Shown: piece after piece, positions 18,776-27,173 of the stretch
How the letters are laid out: each line of letters opens with the position of its first letter
How positions within the stretch are numbered: the first letter of the stretch is position 1
Assembly (NCBI GenBank): GCA_044221725.1
Contig: JBGAON010000002.1
Span: 96,001 to 160,000, forward strand
Reading direction: 5' to 3'
DNA length: 64,000 nt
Origin: Elusimicrobiota bacterium
GTDB lineage: Bacteria; Elusimicrobiota; Elusimicrobia; F11
Position numbers and translations under genes: made by a program
The notes under the pieces: model-generated
Database searches by the model: none
What the model saw: the letters and a program-made list of their open reading frames with translations, nothing else
What the model was told of the DNA's origin: nothing

Positions 18776-21064
18776 ATGACGAAAAAAGCTCCATCGACAA
18801 AAAAGAAAGCGGACGAAGGCGACGATAGCGCGGTTGATAAGAAGAAGGTGACAAAGGCGAAATCCGCCAGCGCTGCGAAACCGAAGAAAAAGGTTGCAAA
18901 GAAGGAAGAAGAGCCGGAGAGAAAACCGGTAAATCTGAAACCTTTCATCACTCCGCCTCCAGCAAGTTTCGGCACGCCCGTCGTGGTTCCTCCAGCGAAA
19001 AAGGTCGAGCCAACACCGGCTCCGAAGGTGACGCCGGCGCCCGTCGCAACACCGACACCAGCGCCAGCCGTCGCACCTGCACCCGCAAAAGTGGCACCGG
19101 TCGCAAAACCGGCTCCGGCCAAACCCGCGGTTCCGCCCACGCCGCACGCGGCTCCGCAAAAGAAAGTTGTGCCGGTTCCGATGGCCAAGCCAAAATTTAC
19201 GCCGCTCCCGCCGGCAGCGCCGAAACCGGTGGCTCCGAAGGCACCGGCAATTGCCGAGCGGCCGCAGTCGAAAAAAGCCGAAACCCTGGTGACGACCGAA
19301 GCGCCATCGGCAAAGAAGAAAATTCAATTTAATGAAATGATGGCCGTAAAAGATTTGGCGACGGCCATGAACGTGAATGTCGCTGAGGTCATTAAGAAGT
19401 TGTTGACGCTGGGCACGCCCGCGTCGATCAATCAGCGCTTGAACTCCGATATTGCAGCGCTCGTCGCCGATGCCTTTGGTTACGAATTTGAAGTGAAGTC
19501 GCTTTATACCGATGAGAAAACCGAAGCACCGGAACCGGAATCCGCGAAGAAGCCACGTCCACCCGTTGTGACCGTTATGGGTCACGTCGACCACGGAAAA
19601 ACGTCGCTGCTCGACGCCATCCGTTCAACATCCGTTGTGAAAGGCGAAGCGGGCGGAATCACGCAACATATCGGTGCCTATCAGGTGAAACTTCCGAAAG
19701 GAACCATCACGTTCCTCGACACGCCCGGTCACGAAGCGTTTACGGCGATGCGCGCGCGCGGAGCTATGGCGACCGATCTCGTTATTCTTGTTGTGGCCGC
19801 TGACGACAGCGTCATGCCTCAAACCGTCGAAGCGATCGACCACGCGAAAGCCGCCGGTGTTCCGATTGTTGTCGCCATCAACAAAGTTGATTTGCCCACG
19901 GCCAATGTTCAGAAAGTGAAGCAGGAGCTCGCGAACCGCGATCTCGTCGCCGAAGACTGGGGCGGCAAAACAATCATGGTGGAAGTCTCAGCGAAGACGA
20001 AACTGAACATCGATAAACTTTTGGAAATGATTTTGCTCGAAGCAGAAATTTTGGAATTGAAAGCGAACCCCGATCGTGCGGCGAAAGGTGTGGTCCTCGA
20101 AGCGCACATGGATCAACGGCGCGGTATCGTCGCGACGGTGCTCGTGCAAGCCGGCACACTAAAAATGGGCGACGTTGTGGTTTGCGGATTGACGTTCGGT
20201 CGCGTGCGCGCGATGCTCGATGAAAATTGGGCCACCATAGACGTTGCAGGGCCGTCCACACCGGTGCGTTTGCTCGGTTTGTCGACAGTGCCACAAGTCG
20301 GTGATCAGCTTTCCGTCGTAACAAGCGACCGCGAAGCTCGTGAAATTGCGGAGCGCCGCAAATTGTTCCTTAAAGAATCGGCCGATAAAAAGTCCTCACT
20401 TATTTCGCTCGAAGGTTTGCACGCAAAAATCGCCGAAGGAAAAATCCAAGATTTGCCGATTATTTTGAAATCCGACGTTCAGGGATCGATGCAAGCCATT
20501 CAGGACTCGCTTGGAAAATTGACGGGCTACCCTATTCAGTTGCGCTTTGTGCACGTTGGCGTCGGAAATATCAACGAATCGGATGTGTTGCTGGCCGAAG
20601 CCTCGGATGCGATCGTGTTTGGATTTCACGTGCGCGTGGAAGCCTCGGCGGAAGCGGAAGCGAAACGCGCGGGCGTGGATATTCGCACGTACCAAATCAT
20701 TTATGAAATGTTGGCCGATGTGAAGGCCGCTATGGAAGGATTGCTTAAGCCCGAAGAACGCGAAGTCGTGAAAGGTCGGGCCACGGTGAAAGGAATGTTC
20801 CCTTCGGCAAAGTACGGCATGATTGCCGGTTGCATGGTGACCGAGGGCAAAGTCACGCGCAACGGCAAAGCGCGCGTGATTCGCGGAGGGCAACTTATTG
20901 GATCGGGGCCGATCAGCAGCCTGAGACGATTTAAAGACGATGTGAAAGAAGTTGAGAAGGGCTACGAGTGCGGACTTTCGGTGGACGGTGTGCGTGCGTT
21001 TGACCAAGGCGACCTTATTGAGGTTTTCGTGATCGAAAAGCACGCTCGACGGTTGGACGCGTGA
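18776..21064 (+). CDS. infB: Translation initiation factor IF-2
   Basis: RPPVVTVMGHVDHGKTSLLD, GGITQHIGAY, DTPGHEAF, NKVD; K/P/A-rich N-terminus. Confidence 0.98.
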   Translation: MTKKAPSTKKKADEGDDSAVDKKKVTKAKSASAAKPKKKVAKKEEEPERKPVNLKPFITPPPASFGTPVVVPPAKKVEPTPAPKVTPAPVATPTPAPAVAPAPAKVAPVAKPAPAKPAVPPTPHAAPQKKVVPVPMAKPKFTPLPPAAPKPVAPKAPAIAERPQSKKAETLVTTEAPSAKKKIQFNEMMAVKDLATAMNVNVAEVIKKLLTLGTPASINQRLNSDIAALVADAFGYEFEVKSLYTDEKTEAPEPESAKKPRPPVVTVMGHVDHGKTSLLDAIRSTSVVKGEAGGITQHIGAYQVKLPKGTITFLDTPGHEAFTAMRARGAMATDLVILVVAADDSVMPQTVEAIDHAKAAGVPIVVAINKVDLPTANVQKVKQELANRDLVAEDWGGKTIMVEVSAKTKLNIDKLLEMILLEAEILELKANPDRAAKGVVLEAHMDQRRGIVATVLVQAGTLKMGDVVVCGLTFGRVRAMLDENWATIDVAGPSTPVRLLGLSTVPQVGDQLSVVTSDREAREIAERRKLFLKESADKKSSLISLEGLHAKIAEGKIQDLPIILKSDVQGSMQAIQDSLGKLTGYPIQLRFVHVGVGNINESDVLLAEASDAIVFGFHVRVEASAEAEAKRAGVDIRTYQIIYEMLADVKAAMEGLLKPEEREVVKGRATVKGMFPSAKYGMIAGCMVTEGKVTRNGKARVIRGGQLIGSGPISSLRRFKDDVKEVEKGYECGLSVDGVRAFDQGDLIEVFVIEKHARRLDA

Positions 21065-21073
21065 GGCCGGCCC

Positions 21074-21424
21074 ATGCACCCGCGTCGGCTGGTCCGTCTT
21101 AACGAACTCATTCTTCAAACCGTTTCTCAAGCGGCGTTGAATCTGAAAGATCCGGGGCTTGGGTTTGTCACCATCACGGGCGCCGAACTCTCTCCTGACG
21201 TTTCCGTTGCAAAGATTTACTATTCGGTTCTCGGTACGCCGCTCGAGAAAAAGAACACGGCCGAAGCGCTGGAGCGCGCCAAACCCCACATCCGGCACGA
21301 AGTGGGAAAACTTGAAAATCTTCGTCGCGTGCCTCAATTAATGTTCTTCTATGACGACAGCGTCGAACGGGCCGACCGTGTGAATCAACTTTTGAATACC
21401 ATCCATAAAGAATCGCATGACTGA
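21074..21424 (+). CDS. rbfA: Ribosome-binding factor A
   Basis: LKDPGLGFVTIT, LSPD, LRRVPQLMFFYDDS; position after infB. Confidence 0.95.
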   Translation: MHPRRLVRLNELILQTVSQAALNLKDPGLGFVTITGAELSPDVSVAKIYYSVLGTPLEKKNTAEALERAKPHIRHEVGKLENLRRVPQLMFFYDDSVERADRVNQLLNTIHKESHD

Positions 21425-22394
21425 GTCTTCCCCGGTCGACCGGATCCTCGACCTTCTGAAGGAAGGGCAAACGTTTTGTTTGTCCGGCCATCAAAACCCC
21501 GACGGTGACGTGATCGGCTCGGAACTTGCGCTCGGAAGTTTGATTAAGCGACTCGGATCAAAAAAGCGCGTGGATATCCAGAACAATGGCCCGGTCCCAA
21601 AATCGGTGGGCTTTTTGCCGGGCGCCAATCAAATTAAAAATGTGAAGCATGTCGATGGAAAGTACGATGTGCTCATAGTGTTTGAATGCTCGGGCGCCGA
21701 CCGCATGGGCGGCATCATTAATTTCGAAACGCAGGTGGGCAAAGTGATTAATATCGACCATCACCTGCACAATCCAAATTTTGGTCACATTAACTTTGTC
21801 GAACCGACCACATCGTCGACAGCCGAACTTATTTTTAAAATTTTTGATCGCTCCGGTTTGCTGCTTCACGCCGATGAGGCAATGTGCATGTTCACCGGCC
21901 TCGTCACCGATACCGGCTGGTTTCGTTACGGAAACACGAATCCGCAGAGTCTGTCGATCGGTAGCAAGTTGCTCGCAACCGGATTTAAAATCGAAGATCT
22001 ATCCGAACGAATTTATTTGTCAAAGTCGAAAACCGCGCTGCCGCTTTTATCGCGTGTGCTTGCTGGGATGACGCTTCATTACGACGACCGCATGGCGCTT
22101 CTGAAATTGCCGGAGTCGCTGTTTAAAGAAATCGGAGCCACACCGGACGATGTTGAAGAAATTGTAAATCAAGGTTTGCAAATGGAAACCGTTGTGGCCT
22201 CGGTGTTACTGAAGGAGAAAACAAATCCTCCGGCCATCAAAGTCAGTTTTCGTTCGAAAGGGAATTACGATGTGAACCAAGTCGCGCGCGTGTTCGGTGG
22301 CGGAGGGCATCGCAATGCTTCGGGTTGCACCATTCTCCAGGATTTGGCGGAAGCCGAACAATCGATCATTAAGGAAATGCGTCGCGTATTTTAA
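21417..22394 (+). CDS. nrnA: DHH/DHHA1 phosphoesterase (NrnA-like nanoRNase/pAp phosphatase)
   Basis: HQNPDGD, IDHH, TDTGWF, SFRS, GGGGH. Confidence 0.9.
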   Translation: MTESSPVDRILDLLKEGQTFCLSGHQNPDGDVIGSELALGSLIKRLGSKKRVDIQNNGPVPKSVGFLPGANQIKNVKHVDGKYDVLIVFECSGADRMGGIINFETQVGKVINIDHHLHNPNFGHINFVEPTTSSTAELIFKIFDRSGLLLHADEAMCMFTGLVTDTGWFRYGNTNPQSLSIGSKLLATGFKIEDLSERIYLSKSKTALPLLSRVLAGMTLHYDDRMALLKLPESLFKEIGATPDDVEEIVNQGLQMETVVASVLLKEKTNPPAIKVSFRSKGNYDVNQVARVFGGGGHRNASGCTILQDLAEAEQSIIKEMRRVF

Positions 22395-22398
22395 AACG

Positions 22399-23109
22399 AT
22401 GTTGGACGGACTGCTGCTTGTCGATAAACCTTCGGGCCCCACGTCGTACGATTTGATTCGCTGGGTCAAACGCACCACGCGAACCACGTCTTCCGCGCCC
22501 ACGAAATTGAAGATTGGCCATTGCGGCACTTTGGATCCGTTGGCGTCCGGACTCATGATTTTGTTGTTTGGAAAGTCGACAAAGCGCCAGTCGGAAATTA
22601 TGGGGCAGCAAAAAATCTATCGCTGCACGATGAGGCTGGGGCTCGCGACGGATTCGGGCGATATCACCGGCAACGTGATAGAGAAAGCAGCCGTCCCCAA
22701 AATCGAACCCCGAGACCTTGAAGCAATTCAGCAAAAGTTTGTTGGCACCCAGCAGCAAATTCCTCCGATGTATTCAGCAATTAAAAAGGGCGGTGTTCCG
22801 CTTTACAAATTGGCGCGCAAAGGCGAGGTGGCTGAGCGCGAACCACGAACGATCACCATTTATGATTTGTCTTTTTTACGATTGGGAGGGGAGGAGATCG
22901 AATTTCGAGTGCGCTGTTCCTCTGGAACTTACGTGCGCACGCTGGTCGAAGATATCGCCAAGGCGCTCGGCAGCTGTGGCACCGTTCAAACGTTGACGCG
23001 TGAAGGTATCGGCGCGTTTCGCGTGGAACAGGCTGTTCAAGGAACCAGCTTGAAAGAGATGAGCGAGCAGCAGTTGGCCGGTTGCTTGCAAACAATTTCC
23101 CCGTGTTAA
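22399..23109 (+). CDS. truB: tRNA pseudouridine(55) synthase
   Basis: DKPSGPTS, GHCGTLDPLASG, PPMYSA, CSSGTYVRTL; no C-terminal PUA extension; start ATG 22399. Confidence 0.95.
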   Translation: MLDGLLLVDKPSGPTSYDLIRWVKRTTRTTSSAPTKLKIGHCGTLDPLASGLMILLFGKSTKRQSEIMGQQKIYRCTMRLGLATDSGDITGNVIEKAAVPKIEPRDLEAIQQKFVGTQQQIPPMYSAIKKGGVPLYKLARKGEVAEREPRTITIYDLSFLRLGGEEIEFRVRCSSGTYVRTLVEDIAKALGSCGTVQTLTREGIGAFRVEQAVQGTSLKEMSEQQLAGCLQTISPC

Positions 23110-24002
23110 AACGCGGACGTCTTATTACGATCGGGTCGTTTGATGGTGTGCATCTTGGGCATCAGGCGCTCCTCACGCGCACGGTGCACGAGGCTCAGAA
23201 ACGCCAGCGAAAGTCTCTGGCGTTGACCTTCGCGGTCCCACCGCGAATGGTTCTCGATCGGAACGCCGCTCATCGAATTTTAAGCACGCCCGAGGAAAAG
23301 GCGGTGCTGATTCGGTCGTTCGGAATCGACGAAGTGAAGTTTCTTGATTTCGACAAAAAAGTCGCCACGATCAAACCGTTTACGTTCTTTCGCGGATTTC
23401 TGTTAAACGATTTAAAAGCAAAAGGAATCGTTGTCGGCGCCGATTTTCGTTTTGGAATGGGGCGCGCCGCGGGCGCGTTGGAGTTGGTTCGGTGGGGAGA
23501 AGAATTTGAGATTCCGGTGTGGGTGATTTCTCCGGTGAAAACACGCGGCCAAGTGATTTCGTCCACGCTGATTCGGCATTTGTTGGAAACCAATCGTTAC
23601 AAGCAGGCGATCGGTTTTCTCGGGCATCCTTATCTTATTCAGGGGCGCGTCGTGACCGGCCATCGCATCGGGCGAAAACTTGGTTTTCCTACCGCAAATA
23701 TCAAAACGTTTCCGGGAAAAATTATTCCGCGCGGCGTGTTCGCCGTGCGCGGTACCATTTTAAAATCAAAACAGCCGCAGTTTGAAGGCGTCTGCAACAT
23801 CGGCACCCGCCCCACGTTTCGAGATGGAACCGGTGTCTCGACCGAGGTGCATATTTTCGGAAAATCCCCGCGGCTCACGGGAAAAACATTGCAAGTTGAA
23901 CTTGTACAGTGGCTGCGCGCGGAACGCAAGTTTGAAAACCCACGGCAGTTGCAACGTGCTATCGCATCGGATATTTACCGCGCGAAGACGATTTTAAGCT
24001 GA
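23082..24002 (+). CDS. ribF: Bifunctional riboflavin kinase / FAD synthetase
   Basis: IGSFDGVHLGHQ, ISSTLIR, GRKLGFPTAN, NIGTRPT; start may be GTG 23103. Confidence 0.95.
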   Translation: MLANNFPVLKRGRLITIGSFDGVHLGHQALLTRTVHEAQKRQRKSLALTFAVPPRMVLDRNAAHRILSTPEEKAVLIRSFGIDEVKFLDFDKKVATIKPFTFFRGFLLNDLKAKGIVVGADFRFGMGRAAGALELVRWGEEFEIPVWVISPVKTRGQVISSTLIRHLLETNRYKQAIGFLGHPYLIQGRVVTGHRIGRKLGFPTANIKTFPGKIIPRGVFAVRGTILKSKQPQFEGVCNIGTRPTFRDGTGVSTEVHIFGKSPRLTGKTLQVELVQWLRAERKFENPRQLQRAIASDIYRAKTILS

Positions 24003-24024
24003 AAACGCGCAGCAAATTCAGTGC

Positions 24025-24053
24025 TTTACAGAGAGAAGCAAGTACCTTATAAT
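24025..24053 (+). promoter_or_regulatory. Sigma70-type promoter of rpsO-pnp
   Basis: TTTACA (24025-24030), 17-bp spacer, TATAAT (24048-24053). Confidence 0.7.
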
Positions 24054-24079
24054 CCACGCCATACTTTTTAGGAGAATTT

Positions 24080-24346
24080 ATGATTGGTAAAGAATCGAAA
24101 TTAGCGGCCGCGACGCCGTTCAAGCTGCACCCAAATGACACCGGAAGCTCAAGCGTTCAGATTGCCGTGCTCACCGCCCGCATCAACGACCTCTCGAAAC
24201 ATCTCACCGCGAACAAAAAAGATCATATCTCTCGTGTTGGATTGTTGAAACTCGTTGGACAACGCCGCCGTTTGCTGAATTTCCTCAATGAATCAGACCC
24301 CAAGCAGTATCAAAAAGTCATATCCGAATTAAATCTCAGAAAATAA
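24080..24346 (+). CDS. rpsO: 30S ribosomal protein S15
   Basis: [33 protein letters not shown]. Confidence 0.97.
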   Translation: MIGKESKLAAATPFKLHPNDTGSSSVQIAVLTARINDLSKHLTANKKDHISRVGLLKLVGQRRRLLNFLNESDPKQYQKVISELNLRK

Positions 24347-24480
24347 AGTTGTTGGAAAGCGCCCTATCGCCCCTGCGTGTTTGTATGGGTGAGGGATGCA
24401 TTTGTTTCTCCGTTAGCGGAGGATCGAATGGATCCCTTGTAAGTGCGCTTTCCTTCCCGATAAGAAATAGGAGAAGGTAA

Positions 24481-26706
24481 ATGTTAAACGAAAATGTAAA
24501 GAAGCGAACCGTCATTACACTCGACGGTAAAGAAATTATTGTTGAAACCGGAGAAGTCGCGAAACAAGCGCGCGGCTCCGTGTTGGTCCGATGCGGAGAC
24601 ACGGTTGTGCTCGTTACCGCTTGCATCAGCCACGAACCCAAAGCCGGCGTGGATTTCCTGCCGCTCACCGTTGATTACAAAGAACGCACGTACGCCGCTG
24701 GAAAAATTCCCGGAGGCTTTTTCAAACGCGAAGCGCGGCCCCGCGAAAAAGAAATTTTGATTTCCCGCCTCATCGATCGTTCGATCCGTCCGCATTTCCC
24801 AGAAGGTTTGCACAACGATCTTGCGGTGCAGGTGATGTTGCTCTCAATCGATAAAGAAAATGATCCGGACATGCTCGGTATGATTGGCGCCAGCTGCGCT
24901 GTTGGACTCTCGGACATTCCATGGAACGGTCCGATCGCCGGTGTGCGCATTGGCCGCATCAACGATCAATTCGTTGTGAACCCGACCGTTGAAGAACAAG
25001 AAGTGTCGACGTTGAACTTGGTTGTCGCGGGCCGAAAAGGTTCGCCGGTCATGATTGAAGGCGGCGCGAAAGAAATTTCTGAAGAACAGCTCGTTCAGGC
25101 GCTCGATCTCGCGCAGAACCGGATCGATCAGCTCTGCGATTGGCAGGAACAATTCTTTAAACAGTACGGCCGCCCGAAATTCCATTTCGAAGCCGTGAAA
25201 CTCGACGACAATGTTCGCTCTCAGATGGAGGCGAAAGTTGGCGACAAGTTGAAAGCCGCGCTCCGTGTGCCGGAGAAATTGGAACGCGAAGACGCGATTG
25301 CAAATCTGAAATCCGAAGCGATCAAAGAACTCGCGGTGTCGCATCCTGATCATTTGCAGTTCGCGCCCGCGCTCATCGAAGACATTATTTACCGCGAAGT
25401 GCGTCGCATGATTCTCCAAGACAAAGTTCGTCCCGACGGCCGTCCGTACCACAAAGTTCGTCCGCTCGCGAGCGAAGTGGGAGTTCTTCCTCGTGCGCAC
25501 GGTTCCGCGCTCTTCACGCGCGGTCAAACGCAATCTCTTGCAACAACCACGCTCGGAACGCCGGCCGATATGCAAATCATCGACGACATTTTGGGTGAAT
25601 ACAAAGATCATTTCCTTTTGCACTACAACTTCCCCGGGTTCTCAACCGGCGAAGCGAAAGGCGACAAGTCCACCGGCCGCCGCGAAATTGGTCACGGTAA
25701 CCTCGCGCGCCGCGCGCTCGAGCCGCTTTTGCCGTCACCCGAAGAGTTTCCTTACACGGTCCGCGTGGTGTCTGACATCATGGAATCGAATGGATCCTCG
25801 TCGATGGCCTCGGTCTGCGGCGGAAGCTTGTCCTTGTTTGACGCGGGCGTGCCGATGAAATCGGCCTGCGCCGGAATCGCGATGGGTTTAATTAAAGAAG
25901 GCGACCAAGTGGCGGTGTTGACCGACATCATTGGTCTCGAAGACTTTATGGGCGACATGGACTTCAAAGTTGCCGGAACGCGCGAAGGCATCACGGCCGT
26001 TCAAATGGATATCAAAATCTCCGGTGTGAACATGCAGGTGATGAAGACGGCGCTCCAGCAAGCGAAGGAAGCACGCCTCCATATCTTGGAACACATGGAA
26101 GCGACACTGAAAACGAATCGCGAAGAACTTTCTGAGTTCGCCCCGCGTATGATCACCGTCGACATTCCTGTCGATAAGATTGGTGCTCTCATCGGTCCGG
26201 GCGGAAAAAATATCCGCGCTCTCCAAGAAGAAACCGGTGCGACAATTGAAGTGGACGACGATGGTCGCGTGTATATTTCCAGCACGAACGCGGATTCCGT
26301 TGAAGCCGCCAAAGGCATGGTTGAAGGGATGACCGCCGTTCCTGAAGTGGGAAAGACGTATCACGCGCGCGTGGTAAAAATTATGCCCGGTTTGGGTTGC
26401 TTCGTGCAGTTCATGCCTGGCAAAGATGGACTTGTTCATATCTCGCAGCTGGATCACAAACGTGTTGAAAAAGTGGAAGACGTTGTGAAAGAAGGCGACG
26501 AATTCGATGTGAAAGTGACGGGCATCGACAGCCAGGGTCGCGTGAATCTTTCACGCAAGGCGCTCTTGCCGCTCCCAGAAGGAATGACCGAATCATTTAA
26601 TGATTACGCGCGCCCCGGTGGAGACCGCGGCGGACGCGGAGGACGTGACTCTCGCGGGGGCGGGCATCGCGGTGGTGGACGTGGTGACTTCCGGCGACGT
26701 GACTAA
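24481..26706 (+). CDS. pnp: Polyribonucleotide nucleotidyltransferase (PNPase)
   Basis: DFLPLTVDY, GKIPGGFFKRE, HGSALFTRGQTQ, RREIGHG, SNGSSSMAS, GDMDFKVAG; KH and S1 domains; RGG tail. Confidence 0.98.
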   Translation: MLNENVKKRTVITLDGKEIIVETGEVAKQARGSVLVRCGDTVVLVTACISHEPKAGVDFLPLTVDYKERTYAAGKIPGGFFKREARPREKEILISRLIDRSIRPHFPEGLHNDLAVQVMLLSIDKENDPDMLGMIGASCAVGLSDIPWNGPIAGVRIGRINDQFVVNPTVEEQEVSTLNLVVAGRKGSPVMIEGGAKEISEEQLVQALDLAQNRIDQLCDWQEQFFKQYGRPKFHFEAVKLDDNVRSQMEAKVGDKLKAALRVPEKLEREDAIANLKSEAIKELAVSHPDHLQFAPALIEDIIYREVRRMILQDKVRPDGRPYHKVRPLASEVGVLPRAHGSALFTRGQTQSLATTTLGTPADMQIIDDILGEYKDHFLLHYNFPGFSTGEAKGDKSTGRREIGHGNLARRALEPLLPSPEEFPYTVRVVSDIMESNGSSSMASVCGGSLSLFDAGVPMKSACAGIAMGLIKEGDQVAVLTDIIGLEDFMGDMDFKVAGTREGITAVQMDIKISGVNMQVMKTALQQAKEARLHILEHMEATLKTNREELSEFAPRMITVDIPVDKIGALIGPGGKNIRALQEETGATIEVDDDGRVYISSTNADSVEAAKGMVEGMTAVPEVGKTYHARVVKIMPGLGCFVQFMPGKDGLVHISQLDHKRVEKVEDVVKEGDEFDVKVTGIDSQGRVNLSRKALLPLPEGMTESFNDYARPGGDRGGRGGRDSRGGGHRGGGRGDFRRRD

Positions 26707-27163
26707 TAAGAAAGGTCCGCTTAAAGCGTCCGACCGGCTTGAAGAATTCCTCAAGCTCATGGACGAAGAAAACCTTCAAGAGTTGGAGGTTTCCGATGGT
26801 CCGTTCTCGGTAAAGCTCGTTCGCGAATCGGCGCAGCCGGTTGTTGTTTCGCGCGCTTCGCACGCGCCGCAGTCGGCGTCAAAGCTCAAAGCCGCCGCAA
26901 AACAGGAAGCAACCAGTGAAGTTGGTCAGCCAATTAAATCACCATTGGCCGGGGTGTTTTATCGATCGCCTTCGCCAAGCGCGCCTCCGTTCGTCAAGGA
27001 AGGAGATGTAGTAACATCCGACAAACCCCTTTGCATTATTGAGGCGATGAAAGTGCTGAATGAAATTAATGCTGGCGTCAGCGGAAAGATTCTGAAGATT
27101 GTCGTCGAAAACGGGAAACCCGTTCAAACGGGGCAAACCCTGTTTTTTGTGGAGCCGAGCTGA
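26699..27163 (+). CDS. accB: Acetyl-CoA carboxylase biotin carboxyl carrier protein
   Basis: IKSPLAGVFYRSPSP, IIEAMKVLNEI (biotinylated Lys); start probably GTG 26699, overlapping the pnp stop. Confidence 0.9.
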   Translation: MTNKKGPLKASDRLEEFLKLMDEENLQELEVSDGPFSVKLVRESAQPVVVSRASHAPQSASKLKAAAKQEATSEVGQPIKSPLAGVFYRSPSPSAPPFVKEGDVVTSDKPLCIIEAMKVLNEINAGVSGKILKIVVENGKPVQTGQTLFFVEPS

Positions 27164-27173
27164 TTCGATCGTA

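Noticed and set aside
18900..19300. Pro/Ala/Lys-rich quasi-repeats in infB
   Set aside because: Ordinary low-complexity IF-2 N-terminal linker, not a DNA repeat element.
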